Assembly: GCA_030248215.1 (NCBI GenBank)
Contig: JASANG010001013.1
Location: forward strand, 62,001 to 126,000
Origin: Enoplolaimus lenunculus
Taxonomy: Eukaryota
Direction: 5' to 3'
DNA: 64,000 nt
This document shows positions 1-20,069 of the stretch, one piece after another. The notes beneath the pieces were generated by a model. It was not told the origin of the DNA. It searched no databases and worked only from the letters and a program-made list of their open reading frames with translations. Within the stretch, counting starts at the first letter, position 1. Each line of letters begins with the position of its first letter. The translations under genes and the position numbers were made by a program.

Positions 1-206
1 TTATACAGGCTTGCACACCAGGACTAAGCCTAATACTAAGCGTAAAGCTTAAACATAAGAATGGGCCTCACAGTCTCTATGTTCTGTACTCTGCCTGTCT
101 AAACCTAACAGTAACTCTAGGCCTACGAAACTCATACTAAGTTGTTCACTGTCACTGTCTCCCAGCGGGCAGGCTCCTATAATTAATACGGCACGTTTTC
201 CTCCAA

Positions 207-3200
207 TCAAGGCACCATATCATTGATAATTTGCGGCAGCCATTTATCGTACCAGTGCGGCCCACTCCTACCATCATTTCGGTGCCAGTTAAAAAACCGA
301 TTGTAGTCACGCATACGTGAATGAAAATACAAATCGAAGACTTCAGGCTCAGACCAACGATGCTCTCGTGTGAAATATATTGGCTCGCCGTACCTAAAAT
401 TAATATTTGTGGGATCGGTCGTTGAAGTTCTTTATCACTCGTGTATGAATTTATAAAACTTCCATTTTCGTCTCTAAAATAAGCTGCATACAAACATTTC
501 GGGGATGGGAATAAGCGCCGCCTCCTGTCCAGAAACAAACAACGTTATAATACAAAATAAAAAATACTCAACCAACCATGTGCCAGTTTTCCATCCAGGA
601 ACATCTTTCATGACTTCATTTTCTTCGTCACGTTGATACCGTAACCATCGCAATCGCCTATAAACAATAATACACAATAACAGTAGCAGACGTATCACTG
701 ATAATACAAATTAAATCCGGCATCCGGGATTTTATTAAAATAAAAATTGGTATAAATTTTAAAACCCGAAGTACTCAAAGCCAATTTTTGGTAACATCGT
801 CAACATAAACGCAGGTAATGTAAACTTACAAACGATCACGTTCTGCAAACAAAAATGGCTGAATAGCTATCTGTTGTTCTTGAATTTCGAATTCGTTCCT
901 CCTCAAAGAAAATATATAAAAATTATAATACTGTATATATAATATGTATATATAATATATATAATATATACCTATATATACTTCTATTTTGATCTATATT
1001 TGGTAATTTATAACGTTTTATAAAACGTTGCATTGCCGACTCTACAACTGCTCTTAGTTTTGCGTTGGACAGTCCATATGCATGCATATACACACATCGT
1101 TAAAAACCAAAAAATAATATATTATACAGACCTATTCCCAAAATAAAGGATTTATAAGCGTACGTGGACCAGAAAGTTGCGCTACGGTTGACGCACCTTC
1201 TACATCACTTCACAGAACGGCAAACAAACAGACTAAGACCTAGAGCGTGGCTGCATACTCTTATCTAAAGAGTTACCATGAATTCTTGCGTATACCAATG
1301 CGATTGTTCAAAAAATGTATAGCAAACATTTGCACCATTAACTTAACAGAAACCATTCTCAAAGTTAAACAATACATTATACATAATACTGTAAGCTTAC
1401 GCAACACGACGCTTCATTGCCATATAGCAATAAAGTCCATACGAACATGTGCAGAAATATAGCGCAAACAGCTTCCATGCTGAAACAATACAAACAAAAA
1501 ACATGAGGTAAACACAATGTAAGCTCAATTAGAAACTCTTTCAAAAACAAAATTAGCTTCAATTTTTATCAGCCTGGCATCCGCGAGCGTCGCTTATAGA
1601 TGTGGCCAGTTGTCTCGATCAAGTCGCTTTAAAATGTTCAACTGTCAATATAGATTTAAAGTAACAGGATGGTAAGATGCAACCCGAAACCGATGGAAGT
1701 ACCGGTTGAGCTCGTTACACCTGAAAAATTAGGGAGCAACTACGTTAATCCAATAATAATGAAAGGAATCAGGACCAACATGTATAACTAAAGACATGAT
1801 GTTGCACAGCAGGAAGCTGAACTAGAAGTTTCTAAGAAGAGCGGTAACGAATTTGTTTGATAATGAAACCCCGAAAGCTTGGAGAACAAACATCTTACGC
1901 TTTCAAACTTTTTGTTAAAAATTACCGGACACCACCGCGCTCCGCGTCCGGCAAGTTTTAATAAAAAGTTTTTCAGCGCCGCGGGCCGGCGCCATTTGAC
2001 AGCGTCCGGCGAGTATAGCGCAGCAATTAAACGCATTTTTTGCGTTAAATAATTTGCGTTTGTCAACACCAATGATGAACTTTTTAACCGACAAAAACTT
2101 TGAGCACGATACAATACAGCGAAAAATATATTATTTTAACACATAGATACAATATGCGGTATCCGGTTCCTGTATCATCCGGTCGCACACTTGGCAGAAG
2201 ATACATTTTGGAGTTGTGGAAGGCCTGGGTATAAATTATGACATTTGGATGCATGGAGGCAAAATAAACCTCATTGTAATAATGTTGGAGTTTTTATAAG
2301 GTATAAAAACGGTATACAATCAGCAGTTGATTGTGATAAGCCGTAGCTCAGCGGTAGCACAATGGACTGAGAATCATAAGAATGCCCCTCGTTTTCATTT
2401 GCAAGAATTCAGAACTAAAAACCGTCGTACCATAGATAACCCAACTTATTTACACAAATTAATGTACTGTTTGTTGCAAGACAAATAATGGAAAACAGAG
2501 TAAGCCATGAGAAGGAGACTATATGGTTTTTTGACAGTGAGAAGGACTTATAAGAGAGATAATACAGGAGATTAAGGCATGGGAAGAAGACGTACGTATA
2601 TAGCTTTCTTAACTGTGAAAATGCTTTTAAGACAGATAATGGAAAACAGAGTAGTAAGGCATAAGAAGAAGTCGTATATCAGAGTGCGACCGGATACCAA
2701 AAATGACGGAGCCGGTTAATGTAATATCCAGCCAGAGCATTCAAATCTAATACTTGATTGCATTCAAATATCAGAATGTAGCTAACAATTCTTTCTCACG
2801 TGGCATAAGGTATCCAAAGTCACGTGACCAGAGTTGCAACATAAAAATGAATACTCAAACCCGGATATTTCTGGAGGAAAACCCGAAATTTTTAAGAATG
2901 CAAACCCGTAGCCGGATCCGGAATTTTTAATATTGCAAACCCGGACCCGGAATTATTTTCAGGGCAAACTGGAGCGCGGAATTTTTATAACTTAAAAACT
3001 GAACATGACCCGAATTCTTGAAAGATAGCAAAGAATTTCTGCCTCTATCTATATTGGAGCAGCTCTCGGACCTGGATCCAGAATGATTTGCTGTGAAAAC
3101 CCGTACCCGGACCTGGAATTTCTTGAAGCGAAAACCCGGACCCCGATGTAATTGTATATATGACAAAGCTTAACGCCTGATACCGATGCATTTTTAACAC

Positions 3201-3981
3201 TTTAACAACAACCGTGTTCCACTGTTCCATGTTTTTGTAGCGTTGCGTTCAGCTGCAATATTCGTTTCGCCCATATGATTAAGGCTAATATTTTTGTTAA
3301 GGCTTAGGTTCAGACTTACGCTGAAGTTTAGGTTTAGCCTTAGGAATATTCTGAGATATATACTGTTACGCCCGTAAAATAATACTGGTCATCATTATCA
3401 GGTTTTCCAGCGTTATTTTAACCCAATAGACTGTGGACGTACGGCACATGCAAACCCTTACCAGTTCCAGGGTAGTTTGTATAAATACAAATTATGTTTT
3501 CAATTTTTAGAAGTTTTTAAAAAACATCCGGTAAATTAAAATACCGGGATCGTATATAATGGTGGGATTGGAACTCTATATTATCCAAGACGTGTATTAT
3601 TTGACATTTGCGCATACACAAGATAGGCAGGGTTTACAGGCTCATTAGTTTCGGTAAATAATGTTGGGTGGCTGACCAGTGGAGCTAGCATTATTAGTAT
3701 TGGAGGACATGATTACAAGGGGTGGTACGTAAACAAGATTTGTTATCTAGGGGATGTTCTGACTAGAAAAATCCCAAATCTGTTGCTGTATTGCATACAT
3801 ACTTGTGGTTCATACGTCTAATTTTATATAAACGTGTTCAAATATATAACTCACCAGACGCCCAAGTTTTAGGAAAGGTTCGTTGAAATATAAAATCTTT
3901 ATATCCCCCAGGTGGCGGCATGTCCTGTTTATATTTCAGTCGACTGGCGAACGTTGGACCAGCAGAGCCTGCACTCGCCAT
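207..3981 (-). CDS. NDUFA13: NADH:ubiquinone oxidoreductase subunit A13 (GRIM-19), about 181 aa, 5 coding exons
   Basis: Exons 3981-3855, 1479-1401, 901-830, 657-577 and 393-207 have GT-AG boundaries and matching phases. The translation is MASAGSAGPTFASRLKYKQDMPPPGGY...AWKLFALYFCTCSYGLYCY (TM)...IAIQPFLFAERDR...EENEVMKDVPGWKTGTWYGEPIYF...WYDKWLPQIINDMVP*. KQDMPPPGGY, P.L.AE.DR and MKDVPGWK are GRIM-19 hallmarks. Confidence 0.95.
3550..3765 (+). mobile_element. Decayed RTE-like LINE reverse-transcriptase fragment in NDUFA13 intron 1
   Basis: Frameshifted pieces NSILSKTC...IHK / AGFTGSL / VNKICYLGDVL resemble, in order, the NSILC..C..W.HK.C.G..G.L...V..FCYLGD stretch of RTE-clade ORFs. Confidence 0.4.
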
Positions 3982-4344
3982 GATTGCGTGCCTACCAGGG
4001 GTAGAAATAGATTAACCACCGATTACGCAAAATTAGTATATTCTTTATATATAATCTGAAACCAAGCATACGTACAATTACTAAATACTTTTTTATTTGT
4101 TACGTTGATTCAATACGCAACTCTCAGATGTAACGTATCCAGTATCGATATTGCAAAAAGAATGCTCGCCAGCCGCTTGTCAGATCTGTACGGTCGGGAC
4201 GACCCTTTCTCGAAGTACTGCGAATATACATGGTTTTTCCTCTAAATTTCTCTGAAAGATATGAAAAGCAGGCGTAGGGCGTGGATTTCGAACTAGTGAC
4301 CTACAACACCGAGACGGTCTCTGCAAACAGTACGTCCATGGATT

Positions 4345-4480
4345 CCTGGAGGTGCTGATAGCATGCTTGGCTCGAGTTCAAGAACATGAAGGTTCGATTC
4401 CAGGAGTGGTCTTTGACTTTAGGGCAAAATTTCGAATAGATAGGGATCGTGCAGACCGCGTTATACCAACATTTACTGTC
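4345..4480 (+). mobile_element. tRNA-derived SINE-like repeat, degenerate copy
   Basis: B-box GGTTCGATTCC. Shares TAGCATGCTTGGCTCGAG and TCGTGCAGACCG with the inverted copy at 5850-5980. Confidence 0.6.
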
Positions 4481-5371
4481 ACAACGAATAGTGTGGAATG
4501 TAGCATTTCGACAATATTTAAACATAAGCTTACTTTCCACTCCTATCAAAAATTAAACTTCAGAAAGCAACAAAACACCTTAAGCGACCTTAACCGAATT
4601 CAAAACTACGCTTTAGAATAGAGCTTCGCAAAGTAAACTTTAATTACACTAGCTAAGACAATATAGATTCTAAGATAACAAGTATTTATTCATTTAAAAA
4701 TCTGACATTGACATTTACAGACTCCCAACTTATTTTATACCTATTAATCATGTTTGCAACCTATTTGCGTTTGACATAAAATCATCATGTATGTTATCTG
4801 TGTATCAGGCTCCTACAAAGCAAGCAATAAGCAAAAAACCACAAAAGCTAAATGAACACGAATTTTTAGGCTAAGTATTTAATACTTTGGTACCGAAACT
4901 CTAAACAAACGTCTGTATTGCTTAACAGATGATTGAGTTTTTACGAAGCATTATTCCTCAATTTAACTTCTTTTACTGGTCCGGCTATGTCATTTATAAA
5001 CACAGTTAACAGAAACAGCCGTAGGGTAGCTACTTGGAGGACAACGAATTTACCCTCTGTTCGGCCATTTAGGAAAGGGATTATCCATGCTAGCTAGCAC
5101 CGGTTTTGACACCCACTATATATTAATTAGATAGCTAGCGGACAAAATGAACTACGTTCGTGTATAAAATTTAATAGGTCTATTTGTCTCAAATGCAATA
5201 ATTTTGCGGCTTTTGCTTGAGGTTTTTGTCCACTTGTAAGATATTTAAGAACCGTCCGTGCTCAAATAGAGACAGTGTGCTAAGTATTTCTAGATACTGT
5301 TTGTGTCGTTTTAACTAAGTTTTCCATTTAATAAATTAGGAAATGACAGTAATTTATTGTTTCTATAAGCT

Positions 5372-13486
<8,115 letters not shown>

Positions 13487-14874
13487 ATGCCCAAGGTTAG
13501 GCTTGTATTTTTGGTTAAATTATTTAGACTTGAGTTAAGCATTCGTGATAGGGTTTTACATAAAACGGAAATGAAATTTAATGTATCTAAAATTAATGTT
13601 TTATAGTCAGTACTATAAATATTAAAACCTGCGTCAAAAAGAAAAAATCGTAACGAATCATTATTAATAGCAACTTGTTTTGAAAATATATAATCATTGC
13701 GATTGTGAACTTATATCCATCTCTTACTAGAAAATGTGGCATCCTGATACCTTGATAAATAGTCCAATAGAAATGATTAGGAACAACGACATGTTTGTAT
13801 TATTTTTATTCCTAAGTCTAAGCTTAAGCAGAACCATACGCTTTATGTAAATGGAAATATCAATAAAGAGGTTATATGTCCAGGTTGTTTTTTGCCTAAA
13901 ATTATGTTTTGTGTAGTGTAAATTGATTCTGTAATATATTTTTGATGTATATATTGTGTATTTTATAGTGAAATAACAATGTGCATTGTATATACAAGTG
14001 TTGTGTTTCAGTATTAACATTGTTTCAGTTTACTTTGGACTATTGTAACGTTTTATTTCCTTTTTTTTGCTATTTCTCTAATTTGAGGGGTTTCATTGAA
14101 CCTATCGGGGCCCGGGGATCAATATTTTGAGCTGCGTATAGCACAGTTTGCTTGTTAGGACTAGGTTCGAAACTTATAGACAAATTTGGACGGATGCTAT
14201 CATACGTTTCAAGAAAATTATGAATGTGGCCCAAAATTACAAGAATCTGACGTGTCACCGTAGCCCTGCGTAGTTAGATCTTGCGGCAGACCTAAAGTTA
14301 CGTTTGAATTTAGTTTTACTTAGCTGTAAAATTAGTCTAAGGTATGGTGAAACGTGTTCAACTTCCCTCTGTCTGGAGCTAAATGAAGCAAAATTTAATC
14401 AGTTTGCTTATGTTGGGTTAATATTATCGTACCACCGATTCACGTTAATGCTTATTTTATTTCTCGTATTATATACTGTGCTATTTTTGTAATAAATCAG
14501 TGCAGTGGAAGTGTTGTTTCTGTTACATTTTGAAAAGAAATTAACGATTTTGTAGTAAATTTTTTGCTGGGTGTCTGCCAAATGTTTTTGTTCCAATTAT
14601 GTAACAACTAAGTTTCACGAGCCCAATATTTAGTAGTGTAAGAAAAACTCGAAAGGGTGGATTTAAGTTTTTTGGAAAGCATGATCATATTTGCCATAAT
14701 TATTAATTGATCTGAAATTTTGGTATTTAATCTTGTAAATGTTTGTATATTATATATTATATATAAGCTTGTATATATGAGTATGTAGTGATTGGACTGT
14801 TGATACATGACGGTATAGTTGACTGAACGAGCTTTTATGAATGTCTTATACTTGTTTGTATATTATATATTTAA

Positions 14875-16216
14875 CCGTTTCTCACATGATTATTGTCTAT
14901 TTCATTTCGTATAACATTTAATTTCAAGCCAGGATTGGAATCGCAGCGTCATGGGTAGAAGGTGTTTACCACAACTACTCAGCTGTAGGAGATTGTTGCT
15001 CGAGCCCGAAGCCGATCTTAAGTCTTGTTGAGATTTTATTGAGCGAAGCGTTTTATGTTTTGTACTTGTGGGTCGAAAGGTGGATGTCCGTCTGTCCGTC
15101 CGAAAAGAATCTCAGGAATGGCTGAACCGATTTTGATACACTTTTTTTGTTTGAAAGCCAATTATCCTGGGGTGTTAACCTCGCATTGTTGTTTTAAAAT
15201 TTTGAGTCGTTTATTAGCTACAGGCTAATTTGCATAATTAATTAAGCCTAAACTAGGACATTCCACAATATTTCACTAATTATTACAGTTAGAAGCAATG
15301 TAATTTTAGCATTACAGGGTTTTTGGGTGCAAGGAATCTGCGTAGACTGTTTACAAACCTCCAAAACCGATAATTGAGCAGTTAGCTAATAGATAATTTG
15401 CATATTAGCATAGTTTATAAGCCTAAATTAGAACTTTTTACAATATTTAAGTAATTATTAAGGTTAAAAGCAATATAATTTCAGCACTAAAGGGTTTTTA
15501 GGTGCGAGGAGTTTTAATAAATAGTTTACAAACATCCAAAACCGATAATTGAATAATTAGCTAATAGCTAATTTGCATATTAGCTTAATTGACAGCACAA
15601 AACTAGGACTTTTTAAATTATTTCAATAATTATTAGGGTTTACTGAAGGTTTTTTGGTGCGAGCAATCTGAATAAATTGTTTACAAACGTCTAAAACCGA
15701 TAATTAAGTAGTTAGCTAATAGATAATTTGCATATAAGCATAATTGATAAGCTTAAATTAGGCGTTTTTACAATGTTTCCCTAATTATTAGGGTTACAAG
15801 CAATCTAATTTCAGCAATAATGGGTTTTCGGGTGCGAGGAATCTGAATAAATTGTCTACAAACCTTTAAAAGCGATTATCGAATAGTTAGCTAATAGCTA
15901 ATTTGCATATTTGCTTAATTGACGAGAAAAAACATGACTTTTAAAATGACTTCAATAATTATTAGGGTGGCTGAAGGGTTCTTGGGTGCGAGGAATCTTA
16001 GGAAATTGCTTAAAAACCTCCAAAATTGATAAATGAATAGTTAGCTAATAACTAATTTGCATATTATTTTAATTGCTTGCGTGCGTTCGAGCTTCGCTCA
16101 ATAAATGTAGTTCCACTACGACTGGTATATATACTGCGCTAAGACACGTAGTAATTTTTTAAACACTATATATTGTGTCGCTGAGTTGCTCAAAATATAC
16201 TCTATGTGAGAACGGG
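14875..16216. mobile_element. TTAA-flanked (piggyBac-type) MITE, interrupted by a Helentron-like insertion
   Basis: Ends read TTAA|CCGTTTCTCACAT ... ATGTGAGAACGGG|TTAA. An uninterrupted relative lies at 34854-35116. Confidence 0.7.
15035..16125 (+). mobile_element. Helentron-associated (DINE-1/HINE-like) element
   Basis: Subterminal inverted repeats TTTATTGAGCGAAGC/GCTTCGCTCAATAAA, a (GTCY)n microsatellite, about 5 central tandem units of 155-175 bp, and a 3' hairpin GTAGT-TCC-ACTAC followed by CTGG|T. Confidence 0.75.
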
Positions 16217-17162
16217 TTAATTTGAGTTTTGTCGTATTTTAAAAACCGAAAATGCTTTCGTAAATCTGTTGAATCAAATCTGTCAGTAGTTTAGCCGAGA
16301 TTTTGGAAAAAGAATCACGATCTATGAATATTTCACAGAAAAGGGAGGGTTCTTGTGCTGCCAATTGAAAACTGGCAACTTTTCAAAACACCGTTTTAGG
16401 AAGCACACATGGCTACGCTTTTGCTGTTTGTTTTCTGGTTGGTTTCAGAACCGACATCACGTTTTATGATTCAATTGACATATAGTTGTCAAGTGGGCTT
16501 GCGAGATATACGTGAAAATTACAGTTTAGCTGTGGTTAGGAAATTCCAATGTTTAGTGTGTTTTACAACTAGAACAATCAACTGTGTAAAATGTTTACAT
16601 TAGTAATGTATGCTGGAAACCTTTTGAGGTTATTAGGCTAGAAAATCATTGGCAGTTTGGCCCATGTAATGGTTATTCTGTGTGATATCCGGTTTCAGTA
16701 AAAATCGGTGTACGTTTTGTAAAAAAACCAAAACATGTTTGAAACTTTGGTCAATATAAAGAACATGGGCGGAACAGTATTATAAGCATATTCTTAGCGT
16801 ACGCATTTCACGAGATTTGTAGAAAAATTGTACAAAAGTGAAAAAAATTGAAATGAGGAACATGCAGTTATACTATGTTTAATGGTCAGTGATTATGCTT
16901 CCTGATGCAGCAGGTTTTATATATGTGGGATTCTGATACATTTTGTATATACACCATAATGGCCGTACACTTACTTTTGGCTAGTAAACGGTTGACTGTA
17001 TTATTAGGGGCGCTCTAAATATGGTGTTCTGTTTAACACATTTTTGTTTTTAGTAATATGAAAGGATTAAAATATCATTTGTTCAAATGAGATGTCTAGT
17101 AACTAAAGAATCTTTAGCCGATGCGACCTGATTTTAACCACCATTGTTTTTATAGCGCCGTC

Positions 17163-17291
17163 AGTCCATGTAAAGATCAGGGGCGGAACGTTTTTCTGTG
17201 GGAGTAAAAAAGTAAGCTTCAGACTAAATCTTTTGACTGGCTTAAGGAGTATGCTTATAAAACTGCTCCGCCCCTGTTCTTTACATTGGCC
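17163..17291 (-). mobile_element. Merlin-like MITE, subfamily A (short copy)
   Basis: Imperfect TIR GGCC(A/C)ATGTAAAGA(A/T)CAGGGGCGGA with a perfect 8-bp TSD, GCGCCGTC (17155-17162 and 17292-17299). Confidence 0.85.
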
Positions 17292-18077
17292 GCGCCGTCT
17301 ATTGTGTTTTGGCACAAACGTCTTTTAATTACCTAATTGAATTGAAGTTTGTTCGGTTTAATAACATTCGCAACAGTTTATATCAACCTCGTATAGTAAC
17401 ATTTCAAACTTCAAAGTCTGTATTTAGTTTTCCTGCGTCAACATCTTTGTATACCAGTAACGTTTCGTATGGGCGTTTGCTTGCCAATCTGTTCGTTTTT
17501 CCAATTTTTCGCCAAACGCACCTTCGCGGTTTGTTTTCTGACCTCCAGCTGTTATTTGACCTCCGGCTCAAGCGCATTTGTCCGATGTGTCGACAATTTT
17601 GTACGAGAAACGTTTCGTATCGTTTTTTCAAAAATATAGTCCAATGTTTTATTTCAGGGACATTTTTTATAATTGCAAAAAACCGTCCAAAGGTCGAATG
17701 CAACGTTCGCACTTAATTTATGGACCACTTCGAAGAATACCAGCTCTTTTTTCACTTCTATACAGGATTTTGGACTGGGAATACACAAGAGTAGACTCAG
17801 AATTTAGGCTAAATATTTCTTGTTTCGTTTAGGAATGTGCTTAATCTATAGTTTTACGACCGTGAAATTGGCCAGTTTTTATAACTTCTACAGTTGCACC
17901 CTGAGATATTCGGTTTCAAACAACGTTTGAAGGATTAATGCTAAGCGTGAACATCAAATTAAAAAAATGCAAATGATTCAACGGTTTATTGCTTGTTTGG
18001 GACCTAAGTATCTTACCTCCGCGTTTCACACTCTGGCCAATGTAAAGATAAGAGGGGAACAGTATTACAAGCATATA

Positions 18078-18276
18078 CACTGTAATAAATGGGGAGTCAA
18101 GTTGACTCCCTCGGAAACAGGCTTTTCCTGACTACACAAACTGAGTCGAATTTGACTCCGCCAAAGTCAACAGTGAATCGAATTGGACTCTGGCGGAGTC
18201 AAATTTGACTCAATTTGTGTAGTCGTTAAAAGCCTATTTCCGAGGGAGTTAACTTGACTCCCGATTTTTTACAGTG
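18078..18276. mobile_element. Palindromic MITE with CACTGTA termini, TA-flanked, nested in a Merlin-like MITE end
   Basis: CACTGTAA...GGGAGTCAAGTTGACTCCCTCGGAAA mirrors TTTCCGAGGGAGTTAACTTGACTCCC...TTACAGTG. It interrupts the AAGCATATTCC motif of the host element, which starts at 18035. Confidence 0.8.
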
Positions 18277-18284
18277 TATATTCC

Positions 18285-18465
18285 GGCACATGTATAGAAC
18301 AGGGCCGGAACAGTACTATAAGCATATTCCGAACCCTATATCTAAGCTTAAGCGTAAGAATGAACATATTCGTCAGCATAAAAGCCTAAAACCAAACAAA
18401 AAAGCTTAAGCTTACTCGATTGCAGTCCCACAGAAAAACGTTCCGCCTCTGATCTTTACATGGCC
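18285..18465 (+). mobile_element. Merlin-like MITE, subfamily A
   Basis: Both ends are present (GGCACATGTATAGAACAGGGCCGGAAC ... GTTCCGCCTCTGATCTTTACATGGCC), with TAAGC(T/G) units inside. Confidence 0.8.
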
Positions 18466-18661
18466 GACAAGTCTTATGGGCTATGCGCAGTACAGCAGTA
18501 TTGAAATAAGCAAAATTAGTTGCATGCTGCATGCAATTATGTTTTACGTTAATTGTTAACGCTGATACTTCTTCATGCAGTTAGTGTTGAGGTGACGTTA
18601 TACTTTTTAATATTTCTAATACCATTCAGAGCCGTCCGTCACCGTAGTTTACTGTGTGCTA

Positions 18662-18899
18662 CACTGTAAATTTTAGTGAGTTGATTTTAACTCAGAATGA
18701 GTTGAATCACTCAGTGTGAGTTAGGACTATCAGAACTCAGAATTTTGAGTTGATTCAATTCAATCGGAGTAATCAACTCGCCCAGAGTTAACTCAGCTCA
18801 GAGTAAGAATCAACTCAACTCAGAGTGAGTTATTGTTTAATTCAGAAATAACCAACTCGCTAGCTGAATTGAATAATCAACTCATTGGAATTTACAGTG
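18662..18899. mobile_element. TA-flanked CACTGTAAAT MITE (Tc1/mariner-type), nested in a Harbinger-type MITE (about 18590-18973)
   Basis: TA|CACTGTAAAT...ATTTACAGTG|TA with GAGTTGA/TCAACTC subrepeats. Further copies lie at 19199-19450, 20248-20365 (partial), 21959-22199 and 31463-31717. Confidence 0.85.
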
Positions 18900-19198
18900 T
18901 ATTGAAGCTGAATGATTTGCGTACGTTGCCGCGCGGTGACGGACGGCGCTGTACGACAAGTATAGCGTCACCTTAATATTGTTTTTGCGACAGGTAACTT
19001 GGTATTTTTGGCATATATGAGTTGCGTGTGGTCACTTATGCCTATTATTAAAAACCGATCGGTCAATCACTAGTATCAAAAAACACTGGCAGAAAAACCT
19101 GAAAAAAATAAATTAAAATTGAACATAATTTACAAAATATATTATAAAAATGAACTATTGCAACGATTAAACTGTAAATCATTAATTTATAATGACTA

Positions 19199-19450
19199 CA
19201 CTGTAAATTCCAGTGAGTTGATTTTAACTCAGAATGAGTTGAATCACTCAGCCTGAGTTAGGAATATCAGAACTCAGAATTTTGAATTGATTCAATTCAT
19301 TCTGAGTTAATTAAGCAACTCGTCCATAGTCAACTCAACTCACAGTGAGAATCAAATCAACTCAGAATGAGTTTAAGTTTACTGTTATTAACTCAGAAAG
19401 AACTAACTTTTCGTCTGAGTTGATTAATTAACCCATTGGAATTTACAGTG
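19199..19450. mobile_element. TA-flanked CACTGTAAAT MITE
   Basis: TA|CACTGTAAATTCCA...TGGAATTTACAGTG|TA, collinear with 18662-18899. Confidence 0.85.
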
Positions 19451-20069
19451 TACATTTGAAAATCATAGTGTTCAAATTTTATGCGCTTCACTATGATTTT
19501 TGAAAATCTGGTTTCTGCTTTAACACATAAAAGTTTGGTTGAATTTAGAAAAATTGAGAAATTGTTATAAAATTTTCCAATTAATAATTTAAAAATGAAA
19601 TTTTTATTCACCAATGCCCCATTCTGTCAAACACGTGCAAGTTCGGAATAACTTGCACCAGTAAATATTTTCAAAGGAACGCTCCGATTGACCAATCAAA
19701 ATGCAGGTGCAAGAAATTCAAGGGATTTGCAACTGCGTTCTCACAGGTGCGAATTAAATTAAATAATATGAATTCTGGTCAATAATTTGCAGCTGTATGA
19801 ACTTAAAAGCTGCTTTGTGACCAAGCTTTTCGCGAGCCAGTTTCACATGCAAGTTTTTGCTGCGAAATCTTGCACGTGTCAATAGGGCTTATAAGATCAT
19901 TAAATTTCTAAAGCCCTATTTGCAGATGCAAGTTTTTATAGCGAGAACTCACGCTGCAACATACAGCTGCAAGATTTATAGTAGATTAACGAACAAACTT
20001 TTCCGCTGCAAATTGCAGCTGCAAGTTCTCGCTGCAAACACTTGCACGTGCGATGTTTAAGGATCTTAC

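Noticed and set aside
152..538. 128-aa minus-strand ORF, with a superficial resemblance to heparan sulfate 3-O-sulfotransferase (PQILILG...FFNW...WY)
   Set aside because: The region is explained by NDUFA13 exon 5 (393-207) in another frame, with a proper acceptor and WYGEPIYF continuity.
17309..17832. Overlapping 84-135 aa ORFs
   Set aside because: No domain motifs or consistent splice structure; compatible with chance ORFs.
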